DNA of 64,000 nucleotides, from positions 47,976,043 through 48,040,042 of the forward strand of contig NC_057728.1 in the NCBI RefSeq assembly GCF_004010195.1, read 5' to 3'. This document shows, one piece after another, positions 24,225-37,942 of this stretch (position 1 is the first letter of the stretch; every line of letters starts with the position of its first letter). Both the position numbers and the translations under genes were made by a program. The notes below the pieces were generated by a model. That model saw nothing but the letters and a program-made list of their open reading frames with translations. It made no database searches and was not told the DNA's origin. The DNA is from Chiloscyllium plagiosum. Taxonomy: Eukaryota.

Positions 24225-25079
24225 CTTAAATACATTCTTCCAAAACACATCTGTGCTTCTCACTTCATCCACTTCCTGTGATAGCAAATTCCACATTCTA
24301 ACCGCTCACTGGCTGATGCAGTTTCTCCAGAATTCACTTTTGGATTTAATAGTGACTAGCCAGTATTAATATTCCTGATTCTCATCTTGCCTGCATCTGG
24401 AAACATCACTACCTCTATCCCACCAAATCTTCTCAATATTAAAAACACTCAGTTAGGTTATAATTTGACCTTTCATTTCAAAAGAAAAGCCTGCTCAGTC
24501 TTTCCTGATCAGTAAAATCTTGCAGTTCTGAAAAGTCTGTCTCAATTTCCTCATATTGTCAGTTATCTCAGTGCAGATTGGTAGGTCAGGGATTATGGCA
24601 ACAAATGATCTTCTTCATTTATGTCATTTATTGGAAAGTATTAGCCACATTCTAAAATGTTAACGTTGTTATGAAATGATAAACCAGAATGAATGAATTG
24701 GTAAAATTAGAAGGGTAACTATGATACAAAATGTTGTCAATAGCAACAGTTTCATTTATTCAAGATTGATGGTTTATGGGCATACACTGGAAGTCTTTTG
24801 GCATATTTAAGAAGGAGCATCTGCCAATTTTATATGAATGTAAGAAGTTGAAGCAAAAATAGGCCCATATAATCCTTTGAGCTTGCTCCTCCATTTAGTA
24901 AGATCATGGGTATTTTTCTACATACCTTAATTCCCACCACCTATCTTTTTTGACTTTCCCCTTAGGCAGAACACAATGCCTACTCAGTAGTGGGTTTTGT
25001 AACACTGTATTTGTAAATTGGGCAAAATAGTGTGCGATGGGGAACCTGCCACCTTATCACCAATGGATATTTAGATAGG

Positions 25080-25786
25080 AAGGATAGAATTTAATATTGG
25101 TGATGGGCATCACATTTGCCAGCTGGAGAAACTACAGGAGCTCCTGGGAATAAGCCCAGGATGGGAAGATCCAAGATGGGACAGTCTTTCTGCCTAGACC
25201 TGAACTGAGGACCTTGTGGGCAATGAATAACCACTCATGGATCTCAAACTGATGCTGCAGCTCCTCATGCTTCAGTGAATGGAGGAGCGTCGCTACACAC
25301 AGAGCCAGCAAAGCAAAGAGAAAGAGTTTTGTTTTCAAACGGACTCATTCCATGATTGTAGGACCCTGCATCAAGGAAAGGAGGACCCCAATGAGAGCCA
25401 ATCTCCAGTCCTTTATACTGAGCATCTTATATCCCCCCTGTCTTTTGTGACCCTTTGTAAACCATGTGCCACCCTCACACACCTTTCTCCTGGACTCCTT
25501 GTAAATACGTCTTTCTGGAGGGTGAATTATCAGCAGCAGCCATGGCTTTCAGTGACCCTGGCAGGAAGTGGAGAACTGCTGACCTCACATTGGCTAACAG
25601 CTCTTAACAGGCAGGATTTCCAACCCCCGAGTCCTCGGGTGAATGCTAGATGATGCACTGTTAAGTGTCTAATGACCACTAAAGTCTACTGAACCTTCTA
25701 AAACAAAGGTAAAATTTCCCAGGAGCTCCTGTCATTTCTCCAGCCGGCAGACATGATGCCCATTATCAATGTTAAATTCCATCCTT
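25080..25786. mobile_element. Non-autonomous DNA transposon / MITE with ~70-bp terminal inverted repeats
   Basis: aaggatagaatttaatattggtgatgggcatc...caggagctcctgggaa (25080-25150) is the imperfect reverse complement of 25716-25786. Confidence 0.8.
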
Positions 25787-27564
25787 AGTATCCAATATGT
25801 ATGATGTCTCAGGCTAGAATGTGCTCAATGACTGAGTATCCAGAGTCAGAAATCCAGAGATTCATAACATTCTGATTAGAGAAATTTCTCCTAAATATCC
25901 AAAGTCCTTTAACCTGTTTCACTGCGTCAGTTTTAGGCTTACCAACCAGAAATTCTGTTAAATAATTTGTACCAGAAATATCCTGACATTTTGTTTTTTC
26001 ACATGTGGCTGGCTGGTATTAATGTTCTAATCATTTTTAAACTAAAGTGAGAGAATAAATATACACTAAACCATTTAAATTTTTGTGTCTCTTTTCCCCT
26101 TTAAAGATCATGAAATGTACTACTTGTGAAATTCACTTTCCTTTGTAAGTATACAAGCAGTAGTTAATTAAGAACAATTGGTAGTTTAAGTGTTGTGGTT
26201 TACTTTCTGACAATCCAGCCATTTGCAAATATAATGTATCCAATATCAAACTTATTGCTAAAGACAGAGATATGTTCCAATGTAAATTTCAGAATTTAAC
26301 ATTTCAGGGAATGCTTTGGTGCAAAATGAAAGCAAAGAAATCTCACAGACAGCATAGACATAACATTTTAACAAAAATTATTGCAAGTTTAGTCATAGAT
26401 AATCTTACTGATAGAAGGCTAGGCTTGAGGGGCTAAATGGCCTACTCTGGTTCCTCTGTTCCTGCTCCTTAACCTTGCATGCCAAAGCCTTTCCAGCTAA
26501 CACTATACTCATTGAAACAGTAATTTATTTCAAAGTGATGAAATAAATTCAAGTACTGAAATTACTTAAAATCTACCAATTTATTAAGTTAATAAATTTA
26601 TTTTTGTAATTCAGCTCACATTTTTACATTGATGCTGATGAATTTTCACATAATTTAGAAATTATTAAAGCCCATTCATGTCAACATGTATGCATAATGT
26701 TACACAATGGCGAGAAAGTTTCAGACAGACCTGATTTGAGTGCTGCTGCCTTACATCTGATGATTTGATTGAAAGACTGGGTTCATTTTACATCCTTTTG
26801 TCTTAAGTCTGTGCTTGGAAACATGCTCCATGGTTTAATGGGGACAATGTTTTATTATGTGTCCTGGGGACATAAATATTTTGTTCACCAATATATCCAA
26901 TTTCTGAGGAAATAAGGGACAACCAGGTTAAGAATAACTCGGTTTATGCTTCTTACACCCAAACTTAAAGGCATTTAGGACACCCTTTTTTAAAACAAAA
27001 ACCTTTTATCTAATTAGACATTGCAGCTTTTATACTAATTTTTTCAAACATTTGATCTTTGCTGTTTCAGAGCTTTTGAAAGAGAATTATAATGAAAACT
27101 CATTAGGTCCAATTTTCTCTCTCCTGGGGGTGGAAATAAAACAGCTTAGAGTGGAAATAATTGGGAAATTTAGTCTTAGAGAGATACTTGCTTTCTTCTC
27201 ATCTGTTCCTCAAGTAGGTTCTGGGCAAGAGTGTCCACCGGAGATTTGCTCACCCTGCCAAGTGATCAATTAATTGCCAGATAAGGGCTTCAACAGACTG
27301 CCTACCCAATCACTTACTCTCCTGCCAAGCAAGAAAGATGGTCTCTTTCCCCACTGGAGTACAAGGGAGGTCTACCTACTGGACTGTGGACAGGATCCCC
27401 AATTTCCCCAATTTCCCCAAGACCAGGGCTATCGGATATATGAATGGGGGTCAACCCCACCCTTACCTCTGAACCCCATATTCCTCTATCTCCCCATGAC
27501 CCTCCCCCATAAAAAAAGGGAAAAAAAACTGCAAATTCAAATCACATTTGAGAATAAAGAGGGA

Positions 27565-27700
27565 ACTGTATCTCTCCACCTTGCAGACATCCTGCCTGTA
27601 TTCCTGATGAAGGGCTTTTGCCCGAAACGTCAATTCTCCTGCTCTTCGGATGCTGCCTGACCTGCTGTGCTTTTCCAGCACCACTCTAATCTAGACTCTG
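27565..27700 (+). mobile_element. Penelope pLTR (family A) with hammerhead core at 27604-27631
   Basis: CTGATGAAGGGCTTTTGCCCGAAACGTC followed by the ggatgctgcctgacctgctgtgcttttccagc tail. Confidence 0.85.
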
Positions 27701-28359
27701 TCCATAAAACCATTCAAGCACACCAACATTCTGTGCTGTAATATCCACTCCCCCATCCATGATACATGCAAGAGGGGGTTGTATTGCTCTGTCATTTACA
27801 GTAAACCCAATTTTGTTGCTCAATATTTAGTTTCCTTTCAGATTAGTTTGACCTGACACCTTTTCCCCACTTCCTCTTACATTCAGTGCATTTTAAATGA
27901 CAATTATTACTTGGAATTTCACCTAAATTGCAACTTTGAGCATTCATCTTGCCTAATTCAAATTTGTTCAGCACCACAGAAAGCAAACTGACCACTGAAA
28001 ATTGAGTCCAGCTGGTGCAATCCAAATCCGGCTGACTTTACAGAAGCTCCCAGTCCTAAATGACCTTGCTCAAAATAGAAAACCTACCCCGTTTGTTCAA
28101 AACCAGATGCTCAAGACTTTCACACTGTAGTGAATCCATTATACAATGAGCAGATATATGTCTGACTTAGAACTGAAAACAAATACTAGGATTACCAGTC
28201 AAGGAATTTCGTTATTCTGACATTAACGTCGAAGTTCCGTTTTGATGTCCAAACCTGTGCCACGACAAACTTGAGAAAATCACACATATATTTTGCTATA
28301 AAAGCTTCCAAATAATTACAGGCAGTTTTCCCTCAAAAAAAAAGGAAATATACTAGCCA

Positions 28360-28622
28360 AAATATATATTGTGCCCTTCTTCACCTCAAAGGATCCAAAA
28401 GCACTTTACTGCCAAAGGAGCACTTTCATAGTATGGTCACTGTTGAAATGCAGGGAACATGGTATCTAAGGTGTGCACAGGAAGCCCCCCATAACCAGCA
28501 ACAAGATAATGATCAGATAATCATTTTTTTGTGACATCGATTGAAGAATAAACACTTACTAAAAGACACAGTTGATAACAACCCTGCTGTTCTTGGAAAT
28601 ATTGCCATGGAATCTTTCACAT
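28360..28622 (-). mobile_element. DeuSINE (AmnSINE1/SacSINE1-like) central domain remnant
   Basis: Reverse strand resembles the Deu domain (gatgtgaaagattccatggcaatatttccaagaacagcaggg...attatctgatcattatc...acagtgacc); related remnants at ~33390-33630 and ~41430-41715. Confidence 0.65.
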
Positions 28623-28946
28623 CTGTACAGTGTGGAAACAGACCATTCAGCCCAACAAGTCCACACTGACCTCTGGTGAGAATCCCACCCAGACCCATCC
28701 CCCCACCCATTCCCTGTAGCCCTACATTTCCCATTGCTAACGCACCTAACCTACAAATCCCTGAACACTATGGGCAGTTTAGCATGGCCAATCCACCTAA
28801 CATGCACATCTTTGGACAACAGAAACCTCTGCAGACACAGGGAGAACGTGCAAGCTCCACACAGACAGTTGCTAGAGGCTGGAATTTAACCCGGATCCCT
28901 GGCACTGTGGGGCAGCAGTGCTAACCACTGGATCACCGTGCTGCCC
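28623..28946 (-). mobile_element. tRNA-derived SINE (HE1/V-SINE type)
   Basis: cagtgtggaaacagaccattcagcccaacaagtccacac...gcagcagtgctaaccactggatcaccgtgctgccc. Confidence 0.88.
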
Positions 28947-29087
28947 TTGGAGAACAGAAACAGTTTTATATTTTGACACCTCATCCATAAGCCATAATCT
29001 CTGACACAGCAACATTTCCCTCCAGCCAGGCTTGAACACATAAGACTTAGAGGTGCGTGTGTTATCAACTGAATCACCAACTAATAG

Positions 29088-29182
29088 AAACAAAAACAGA
29101 AGTTGCTGAAAAAGCTCAACAGCTCGGGCAGCATCTGTGAAGAGAAATCAGATCTGGTGACCCTTCCTCAGAACTGGCCACT
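29088..29182 (-). mobile_element. Penelope pLTR fragment (family D)
   Basis: aaacagaagttgctgaaaaagctcaacagctcgggcagcatctgtg...cccttcctcagaact; TSD aactaatag at 29079-29087 and 29183-29191. Confidence 0.7.
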
Positions 29183-29559
29183 AACTAATAGGTCAGGCTT
29201 AGTCAGCCATTTGTGGAAAGCTATCACAGTAGAATTTTCATTGGCATCTTAAGTATAAAAAATGTCACTGTTTTTAATTGGTTCACATTCAAACTTATTG
29301 ATTGTAAGTATGTGGACAAAAAATGAACAAAAAGTGTCTTTAGGTTTATCAGGACACTCAGAGTATATTACTTTGATGCGAACCATAACTAAATAACAGG
29401 TAAACGTACGTGTATTGCTATACAACCTTGAAGCTGGAATAAGCAGAGCACAGGTATGTTGCTAACATTTCCTCTATGTTTGGAAGTCTGCATATCAACT
29501 CTACAGGAGATACACTTGTTGAAAAGAGTTTCATTTTGCAAAAAGATTTGAATGCAATG

Positions 29560-30085
29560 AAGAGTTTGTGAGAGTTTTCTGTGCTGCATTGCTAATATTG
29601 TTTGCAGCTCTGGAATCCACGTTATAGAAAGGATGTGATTGCACTTGAAATGGTGAAGAGGAGATTTGCCAGGATGTTGGCAGGCTTGGAGAATTTTAGC
29701 CTTGAAGCTATTGGACAGATTGAGATTACTTTCCTTGGAATAGAGATGATTGAGACAGGGCATGATTCAGATATATAAAATTATGAGATGCATAGACAAG
29801 GTAGACAGGAAGTTTTCTCCTTGGTGGAGGGATCAATAACCGGGGGCACAGATTTAAGGTCAGGGCCAAGAGGGTGAGTGGGGATGTGAGTAAAAATGTT
29901 TTCACCCAGGGGTGGTGGGAATCTGAAACTCACTGCCCATAAGGGTGGTAGAGGCTGAAACCCTAAGAAGTATTTAGATGTACACTTGAAATGCCAAGCC
30001 CCACACGGTTATGGGTCAAGTTCTGGAAAATGGGACTAGAAAGGCTTGAAGGGCCTTTTTCTGTACTGAAGACCTCTATGACTGA
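29560..30085 (+). mobile_element. CR1 LINE 3' fragment
   Basis: aggatgtgattgcacttg...aggagatttgccaggatgttg...tttttcacccag...CR1 tail gggccttttt ctgtactg. Confidence 0.8.
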
Positions 30086-31380
30086 TCTCATGCAAATTTA
30101 CTATGAAGTAGAATTGAACAAAATCTAATTTGCTACTTTATTGTCACACTCTATTAAAAGTTAGAGAAGCTTTTGCCACATATTTTACGTAAAATTTAAC
30201 TTTGGATAGTATTAAAATCAATGAATATGAAATTCATATTGGCCTTCTTATTTTCTGGTCTAAAAAGACATTTTTTTTGCCACTATAGGTGAACACTTCA
30301 CCGGCTACTTTTTTTTAGTTTAGTGTTAAATTAATGCTAAATCAATAGGGCATATTCTTGAAATGATAAGTTTTGTACCAGCACAACCATCCATAGCTGA
30401 TCTTATGATTGAAATTTCCTTTAATACTGTCTGTTTTCACAACCTGTTAAAGTATCAATGACTTATTTGAAATTACATGAGAAATACACTTTTCTCAGTC
30501 TTTATTTACCATTTTTGGAAGAAAAAAAAGTCAATTTACTTGGTTGGAAATTTTTTTTGACGTCAAGTTCAGGCTTAGATGATTATTTATGTTTATAGTA
30601 ACTGCAAACACTGAAACAAAAGTAAAGTAGCTTGTTTTGTATATATAATTACTGCAGGGCTGCAGGATTTCATTATGGGAAAATACTGAAGGATAAAACT
30701 GTTTGAAGAGATAATAATTTTCATTCAAAACCTAAGGATGCTCCTCTATGGTGTAATTTTCTTAACAAAATAGCAGTTGGTGTTGAAGTAGGTAGGTAGA
30801 ATTTTTAAAGTAGATTATTGTAATCAATTCATGCTGTTTCTTAAGAGACCAACTGTACTGAAGTGATTTACTCAGTACTAGGCCAGTGATCCTCAACTGT
30901 TTTAAATTACTGAGAATTGTAATGTTTGTGGTATTGAAACAGCAAACAAATTTTACTGCATTTAATATACAGGTCTTACAGCTGTTTCAGTATCTTCATG
31001 GCTGGTTCTATGGCCAGATAATATTACCCAATACTTATTGACATAATTTCAACGGCCAGCAGAATTATTGCAATGTAAAACAAATAGTATATATCCTTGA
31101 GAACATAGAGAAAGATGATTATATTAGCAAACAAAACTGTGATATCTTCAGCTTCCTTTTTTGACTTCCTTTATCCATAATTAATTTTCTGTAATGTTGC
31201 AAATGAACGGTGAAGACTTGTGCATGTTATTTTCCATTTTTGCTTGCAATGAACTATTTGAAAATGCAGTATTTCCATTAATTGGGAGTGAAAATTGCCA
31301 TCGGTGTTAGTGCTAAATAAGTGCTAGTGAATCAGCAGCCCAATTTTCCATGACATTATAGTCAATGTCATCTTCACTGA

Positions 31381-31537
31381 AGTTAAAAATCATACAACAC
31401 CAGGTTATAACCCAAAGGTTTATCTGGAAGTACTAGTGGGGCAGGATCATAGTACTTCCAAATAAACCTGTTGGACGGTAACCTGGTGTTGTGTGATTTG
31501 TAACTTTGTCCACACCAGTCCAACACTGGCACCCCCA
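31381..31537. mobile_element. Palindromic Penelope derivative (family B, hammerhead core deleted)
   Basis: Inverted arms; TSD catcttcactga / catcttcaatga. Confidence 0.8.
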
Positions 31538-33637
31538 CATCTTCAATGACTGGGGAGAAGTTTTGAATCACCCGCCATCAGTGTAAATTGGTCTGCAATA
31601 GGTATTTGGAAATATTCCTTGTATCCACTAGATGTCCCTCTTTGATAATGATTAATTGTTGTTGTTTATACAAGTCGTAGGAAAGAACGTCATTCAGTCA
31701 GAAAGGTTCTGCACGGTGCAAAGTCACTTCAATCCTGACACAATTAAAATTTCACTGGATTACTTGCCACCACACCTTGCAATAATGATTTTTCTAAGTA
31801 CCTCCAATGTGGGTTCCAGTTGTAACCAAACTTCAGAATGCAATGATGTGAGATAGCCTCATATTGGTTGTACTTGATAGTTATTTCATATTTTAATTTC
31901 TAATGCTAATGCAAAATTTAATCACTTTTGCTTACTAAATAGAAAATGCATTTTAGTGGTTCAGAAAAAGATGAAAACTTACATATATGTTACCCTTTCT
32001 TTTATTTTGTGTGCCGTGAACACCTTTAACGTAAGGATTATATACCAAAGATTAGACCATACAGAATACAGTCCTAATAATGAAGAAGTGAAAGAAAATT
32101 CCAGGCCTGATCATTGTTTGATTAACTTTGTTCAAGAAACAATTCGATTCAGTATCCATGGGCTAGGGAGGGAGAAAGTCAGCTAGGCTTTCTGCAGCTT
32201 GTAACACTTTAATTGTATATGAGGTAATTCTCACATGTAATTGTTAGATAATAACTCAATTTGGTTTGGCTATGATGGCTGATGTGGTGACAAGCAAAAA
32301 TCATTGGAGCATGCTTGTAGTGCAGTGATTGTGTCCCTACCTCTGGGATAGAAGAGCCATGTTCAAGTCCCGCTTGTTCTAGAGGGGTGAATGTTTGAAC
32401 AGGTTGTTTTAAGGAAAGAAATTTGGGTTATTCCTCAGTGTGGAGTTGGCTACTGGATAAGTCAAGGATTTAAAATGGAAAAGTGGAAGCTTAAAAAAGA
32501 AATTTGTGGTATACTTTCAATCTTAGATATTTTGCATGTAATTTGGGAATATATGTACTTATGGAACTTATTCTGATGAGGCCATACTACAACAATCACT
32601 TCAACAGCGAGAGAAAGGAATTGAAAAGGGTAAAGGAGTGAGATTTGAATCAGGAAGTATATATAGACCTGAAGATCCAACTTTTTTTTAGGGATGATGC
32701 TTTAAAGACTATTGATCTTAAGTCCATGAGGCACCAACTAGTTAATACACTGATTAAACATGAGGGTTAATTATTATGTAGAAATTGTTCTAAGGGTCCT
32801 GTTCTGGATCTTGGTTTTGTATCCCATTATGGCAGATGATGAATAATAGTAATCATGTAACTATTGTCAATTGTTGTAAAAACCCAGCTGGTTCACTAAT
32901 GTTCATGAGGGAAGGCAATCTGCCTTCCTTGTCTGGTCTGGCCTACATCAGGCTTGAGACCTACAGCAATGTGGTTCACTCTTAACTGTTCTGGGCAATT
33001 GTTAGTGGGCGATAAATGCAGTGATACCTACATCCTGTGAATGAATTTTTAAAAAACAAGTCCAGTTGATTATTTAATGGCTTGGTGATAATTCTCATTT
33101 TTATAAATCTAGAGAAGGCTTTGTGACACAATTGTCACTTAATAAGTGATGCTGCAACCATCAGAACAACATGATTATCAGTTGTTTCATTGTTATTGGC
33201 TTGAAAAAAAAGTGGATTCAATTTACCTCCATGTCAGACATGTATTAAAATTCTGTACAATCGCTCATTTATATTTCAGATTAACACATCAGATTCATAT
33301 TAAAGAAAAACTCATTTTATGGCTGTATTCATGTTCATACATTCACACTTGATCGGATAGAATTGTCTATGAAAGCTGATTAAATAAGTAACTTGTATTT
33401 ATATGGTACCTTTCATATCCTGTGATCTCACTATCTGTTTCACTTCCAACAAAATAAATTTGTATGGTTGTCATTAACACAATGTAGGTAAATAGGATAG
33501 CTAATTTGCACACATCAAGACCTCATTAACAGCACTAAGACGAATTGCCATATAATCTACTTTGGAATGTTTGAGATGCAAATTATATTCAGAATACTGA
33601 GAATTCTCTGGTGTCTTAAATACTGTTACTTCATCAT

Positions 33638-33730
33638 ATTCCTGATGAAGGGCTAATGCCCGAAACATCGATTCTCCTGCTCCTCGGATGCTGCCTGACC
33701 TGCTGTGTTTTTCCAGCACCACACTCTCGG
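33638..33730 (+). mobile_element. Penelope pLTR (family A) with hammerhead core at 33642-33669
   Basis: CTGATGAAGGGCTAATGCCCGAAACATC plus the family tail. Confidence 0.85.
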
Positions 33731-35640
33731 TACAGGATCTTCAGCTGTGCACATGTCAAAAACCATCAGTGGTTGCATAAGCGTGACTGATAACTTGTGA
33801 CATTCTGGATATCAATCTCATTCTCTCAGGATGCTTGCATCTAGATGAAGATCTTAAGAGCTGTGCAACTTTTGAAATGCTTTTATAACTCCAAGGAAGT
33901 ATAGAGAGAAATGAAACAATTGCTGGCTTGGGACTTCTGCATCCTTAAGCCCAATTTTGTTTCCTCCTTAAAGTTGCTAGAAGTCTGAGCTGACATAGGT
34001 GAAGCCAGGACAACAGGTTTGTGGAATCGGTGTTCAAAAGGACAATAAATGTCTCTTCTTAAGCATTCTTAAGGATTGGGAAATAAACAGAAAAGACAAA
34101 GGGAAACTATTTCCAGTGGCTGTGAGTTCAAAGAGTACGGGATATTGTCTGATACTTAGAGCCAGGCCTTTCAGGAGATAAGGAGACACTTTTTTCCATA
34201 ACTGTTATCAGAAATTTGGACCTCTCCCATAAGAGGTAATTTATATTGAATCAATTATTAGTTTTAAGAGATTGGCAGGTCGCTATATGGAGTTAGACCA
34301 TGGTTCTCATTGAATAATGGAACACATTTAAGGCTTAAATGATCAATTCCTGCTCCTCAGTTCCCTGTTCCTACAATTGTGAAGGAGGGTGATTTAAAAT
34401 GGGTTAATTCAATGACAAAACAAGTGAATAAAGGCAAATGAAGAGAGGCCAAAGAAGAATGGATTAAGAGAGACATAACAAATAAGTCAGGAAAGAAATA
34501 AGATTTAAAACAAACACTTTTGAAATCTCCAACAACAAATCACAATGAAAGAAATGAGATGATGCATGCTTAATGATTCACTTTCTGGACAAGAGAAGTT
34601 GATTGGAAGTCATTAACAATTAACATAATAAAAGGATATATTTATTATTAATTACAGCACTTAGCTCTCTGTGGCAATTTTAATAGGCAAGTAATATGCA
34701 AACATAGCAACTTAATGAATAAAATGGTAAAAATAAGGAGGAGAAGCCATTTTTGCGAAGCTCATTGTGCAGTAGCCCAAATCGATCAGCAATTATTGAT
34801 GATTATATGCATGTTATTTGTTTCTCACCATTAGATTGTTGTCCATTGGTAAATTTAATACCATTGTGTGTTGTTCTCAAGCTTATTATTTCATTCTCTG
34901 CCAATTCACATTCAGTGGATGGAATTTGCTCCTTGCAGGAAACCCATCACAGATTGTTATCTCGATTGTGCCTTCTCTGTGAATACCAGTCTTCCTGCAT
35001 GTTTGATGTGCGCTGTTCATACAGGCAGCTGACATGCTAAAGAATTGATGGTTTTTGAGGGTTTGATTTGCTTACTTTATATTTAATTAAATTAACTAGC
35101 AAACAGGACATTTATCTGGAGTTTATTTCATTCTAAAAATGATTTTATTTGATGACCTTGTTGCCATAGCAATGTCACCAATGACCAGCCTATTGAATAT
35201 ACTGCATTCTTAAAATGCTGTATTTGGATGGATATTTGATAATGTTTCAAGGCTATAATTTCTCCTTATTTCATGCTTAAAATTACTATTAGATTTGTTT
35301 CAGCTTGATTTCTTAATCTGTGATGTTGTTTGACTCTTTTGAGATTGTGACATTGGGAGCATTTGTGAATGCTCTCTATTCTCAATGCAAATATATGTTG
35401 CTTTGGCTTGCAGACCCATATCTGTTCCGTGCCACATAATGAAGGCTTGAAATTCTGGATAAGGGAGAGAGAGAGAGCAGTTCCACATGCAGTTCCCAAA
35501 TCTTAACAATTCACCCTTTAAAACCTTGACAACTTTGTAGCTACTTAAATATTATATCATGTGAAAACATTGAATATTGGTTTGTGAGCAAAAGTTTTGA
35601 AAAAGCTCAGTTTCAAACAGTTGCCTCTTTAACTAAGCAT

Positions 35641-35755
35641 GGAGAAAGTGAGGACCGCAGATGCTGGAGATCAGAGCTTAAAAATGTGTTGCTGGAAAAG
35701 CGCAGCAGATCAGGCAGCATCAAAGGAACAGGAGAATCGATGTTTCGGGCATAAG
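35641..35755 (-). mobile_element. Penelope pLTR fragment (family A)
   Basis: Reverse complement of the 12945-13062 pLTR; truncated inside stem II. Confidence 0.8.
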
Positions 35756-36291
35756 TCGTTTTTCATTTTAGTTCTTTTACCATCATGGAAACATTGAAGT
35801 TTTGAAATCCAGAACTATTTGTATTTTTTAACACACTGTTACTGTATCAAGGATATGTGCAATGGCAATGAAAGATATGAAAAAAAAGCAGAAGCAGAAG
35901 TTTTCAGTTGTGGTTCTTCCTGTCTGGTAAGGTTTAATGCTGTGGACACAGAGTTTAGCCCACTGGCCATTGAAACCCATCGCACAGCACCTCTGCTCCC
36001 TTCTGCATCATCACAGAAGGTATTCTTTGGTACTAACCATCGATGTGCATTATATCTTGTGCCACTTGAACATTCATTGAGTTCAAGCCGTTGTGTTTGC
36101 ATATGCCTTAAAATTGCTATGAAAAGTCCTGATATCCACATGGATTCCGGCCCTTACACTTACACACCCATATCTGTTCCGTGCCACATAATGAAGGTAT
36201 TTCTCATTGCAAAAATAGTGCTTGTTACTTACCTGATCCATGCATGCACTACACATGCTTAATGTAACAGATGACATTTCTAATAGATTGG

Positions 36292-36371
36292 ATGGATCTG
36301 GTTCAGTGGTGCTGGAAGAGCACAGCAGTTCAGGCAGCATCCAAGGACAGGCAAAATCGACGTTTCGGGCA
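36292..36371 (-). mobile_element. Penelope pLTR fragment (family A)
   Basis: gtggtgctggaagagcacagcagttcaggcagcatcc...tcgacgtttcgggca. Confidence 0.78.
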
Positions 36372-37619
36372 GTGGATCTGGTGTATGGTAACTGTCTTGT
36401 CTGCAGGAAGAGGTGTATCATTCCATGTATTGTTTGCAGCAGATGGTTGTGTATAGTAGAGAAAGCAATCACGCATCACCTCTTATAGGCCTAACTATTT
36501 TTACAGAGGGCTATGAACAGGAGTATCTGACTAGAAATAGGGCAGATTAAATACCTTGTATGCAACTGCATTATTCCACTACACATAAACTGCTCTCACT
36601 CATTTAAAGCATGCAGCTTGTTCTCAATCTCTGGACAGATTGTCATACCCACTACTTTGTACAGTGTGATTTAAATAGTGACAGTAACATCAATGGGTAA
36701 CAAAGGGAAGGAGTCTTGAAAGTGCAGAAAATAGAATTTCAAAACCATTTAAGTCATGAATCAAAATGTAGCACAATAGAATTTTAGAGCAGTGGGCAAA
36801 CATGTTGACTTGTGATTGAAACAAGTTCTCCTCCGTTAAAAAAACTTGCTTGAGCAAAATAAATTCTAGATCTCTCATTTGTCCATTTTAGACCCTGTGG
36901 GTAATTCTAACTCACAATTGCGGAGGTCAGGATGAGACCCTATTTGCGATTTGCGAGGGCTGGCATGGATTTGATGGGCCAAATGACCTTCTGATATGCT
37001 CCATGACTGTATGAAATCAGTGCATTGCCAACAACATGCCCTCTTTTTTTTTTGCTGCCAATTGCATATTGCAAAGTTATCCAAGAATTGTAAAACAAAA
37101 AGCTGTAAGATTAAAAACAGTGCTTCTATCAAAGTAGCATTCAAATGATTTGGATTCCAAACAACTAAGCCTGTGGTTTTCTTTTAAGTATTGTCACCCA
37201 TGTTTTAACATACAGTTTAAATATTACAGCAATATATTTGATTCTTGATGCACCAATGAAGTAATGAGCCATGCTTAGTAGTAGGGGATCTAATACTATA
37301 TGCATTAAAGTTAGACTTATCCCAGCATATTTAATATTTTAAGTTTTTGTATGCCAAGTTGCTTTCCATCAAGCTGATAATAGCTCAGTGAGGGATGCTG
37401 GGCATCCGAGATCAGAGTGAATAAGACCTTGTTAAATGATATCTGTGATCTGGGAATCACTTACATATATAAAGTAACACCATTGTTAACCCTGACCTCA
37501 TCTCTCCCCATGACTTTCTGGAGATACTCTTATAGGCATTGACTTTCAGTCAGATACAGATACTTGATGAAATGACACTTATCTTAGCTCCTGTAATGTA
37601 AGAATTAAACATGAATCAT

Positions 37620-37942
37620 TGAATTCCCTACAGTGAGAAAGTGGGCCATTCGGTCCTTCAAAATCACACCAACCCTTTGAAGAGCATCCCATCCAGACAT
37701 CCCCCAGCCCATCCCTGTAACCTTGCATTTCCATTGACTTTCTTGGACATGATGGGCAATTTATGGGCAATCCACCTGACCTGCACATCTTTTGATTGCG
37801 GGAGGAAACTGGAGCACCTGGAGGAAACCCATGCAGCCGCGGAGAGAATATGCAAACTCCACACTCCTGAGGGTGGAATTGAATCCAAGTCCCTAGTGCT
37901 GTGATGCAGCAGTGCTACCTACTGAGCCAACCTTACCACCCC
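37620..37942 (-). mobile_element. tRNA-derived SINE (HE1/V-SINE type)
   Basis: Same family as 28623-28946. Confidence 0.85.

Noticed and set aside
27397..27420. Short ccccaattt tandem repeat
   Set aside because: Ordinary slippage microduplication with no further signal.
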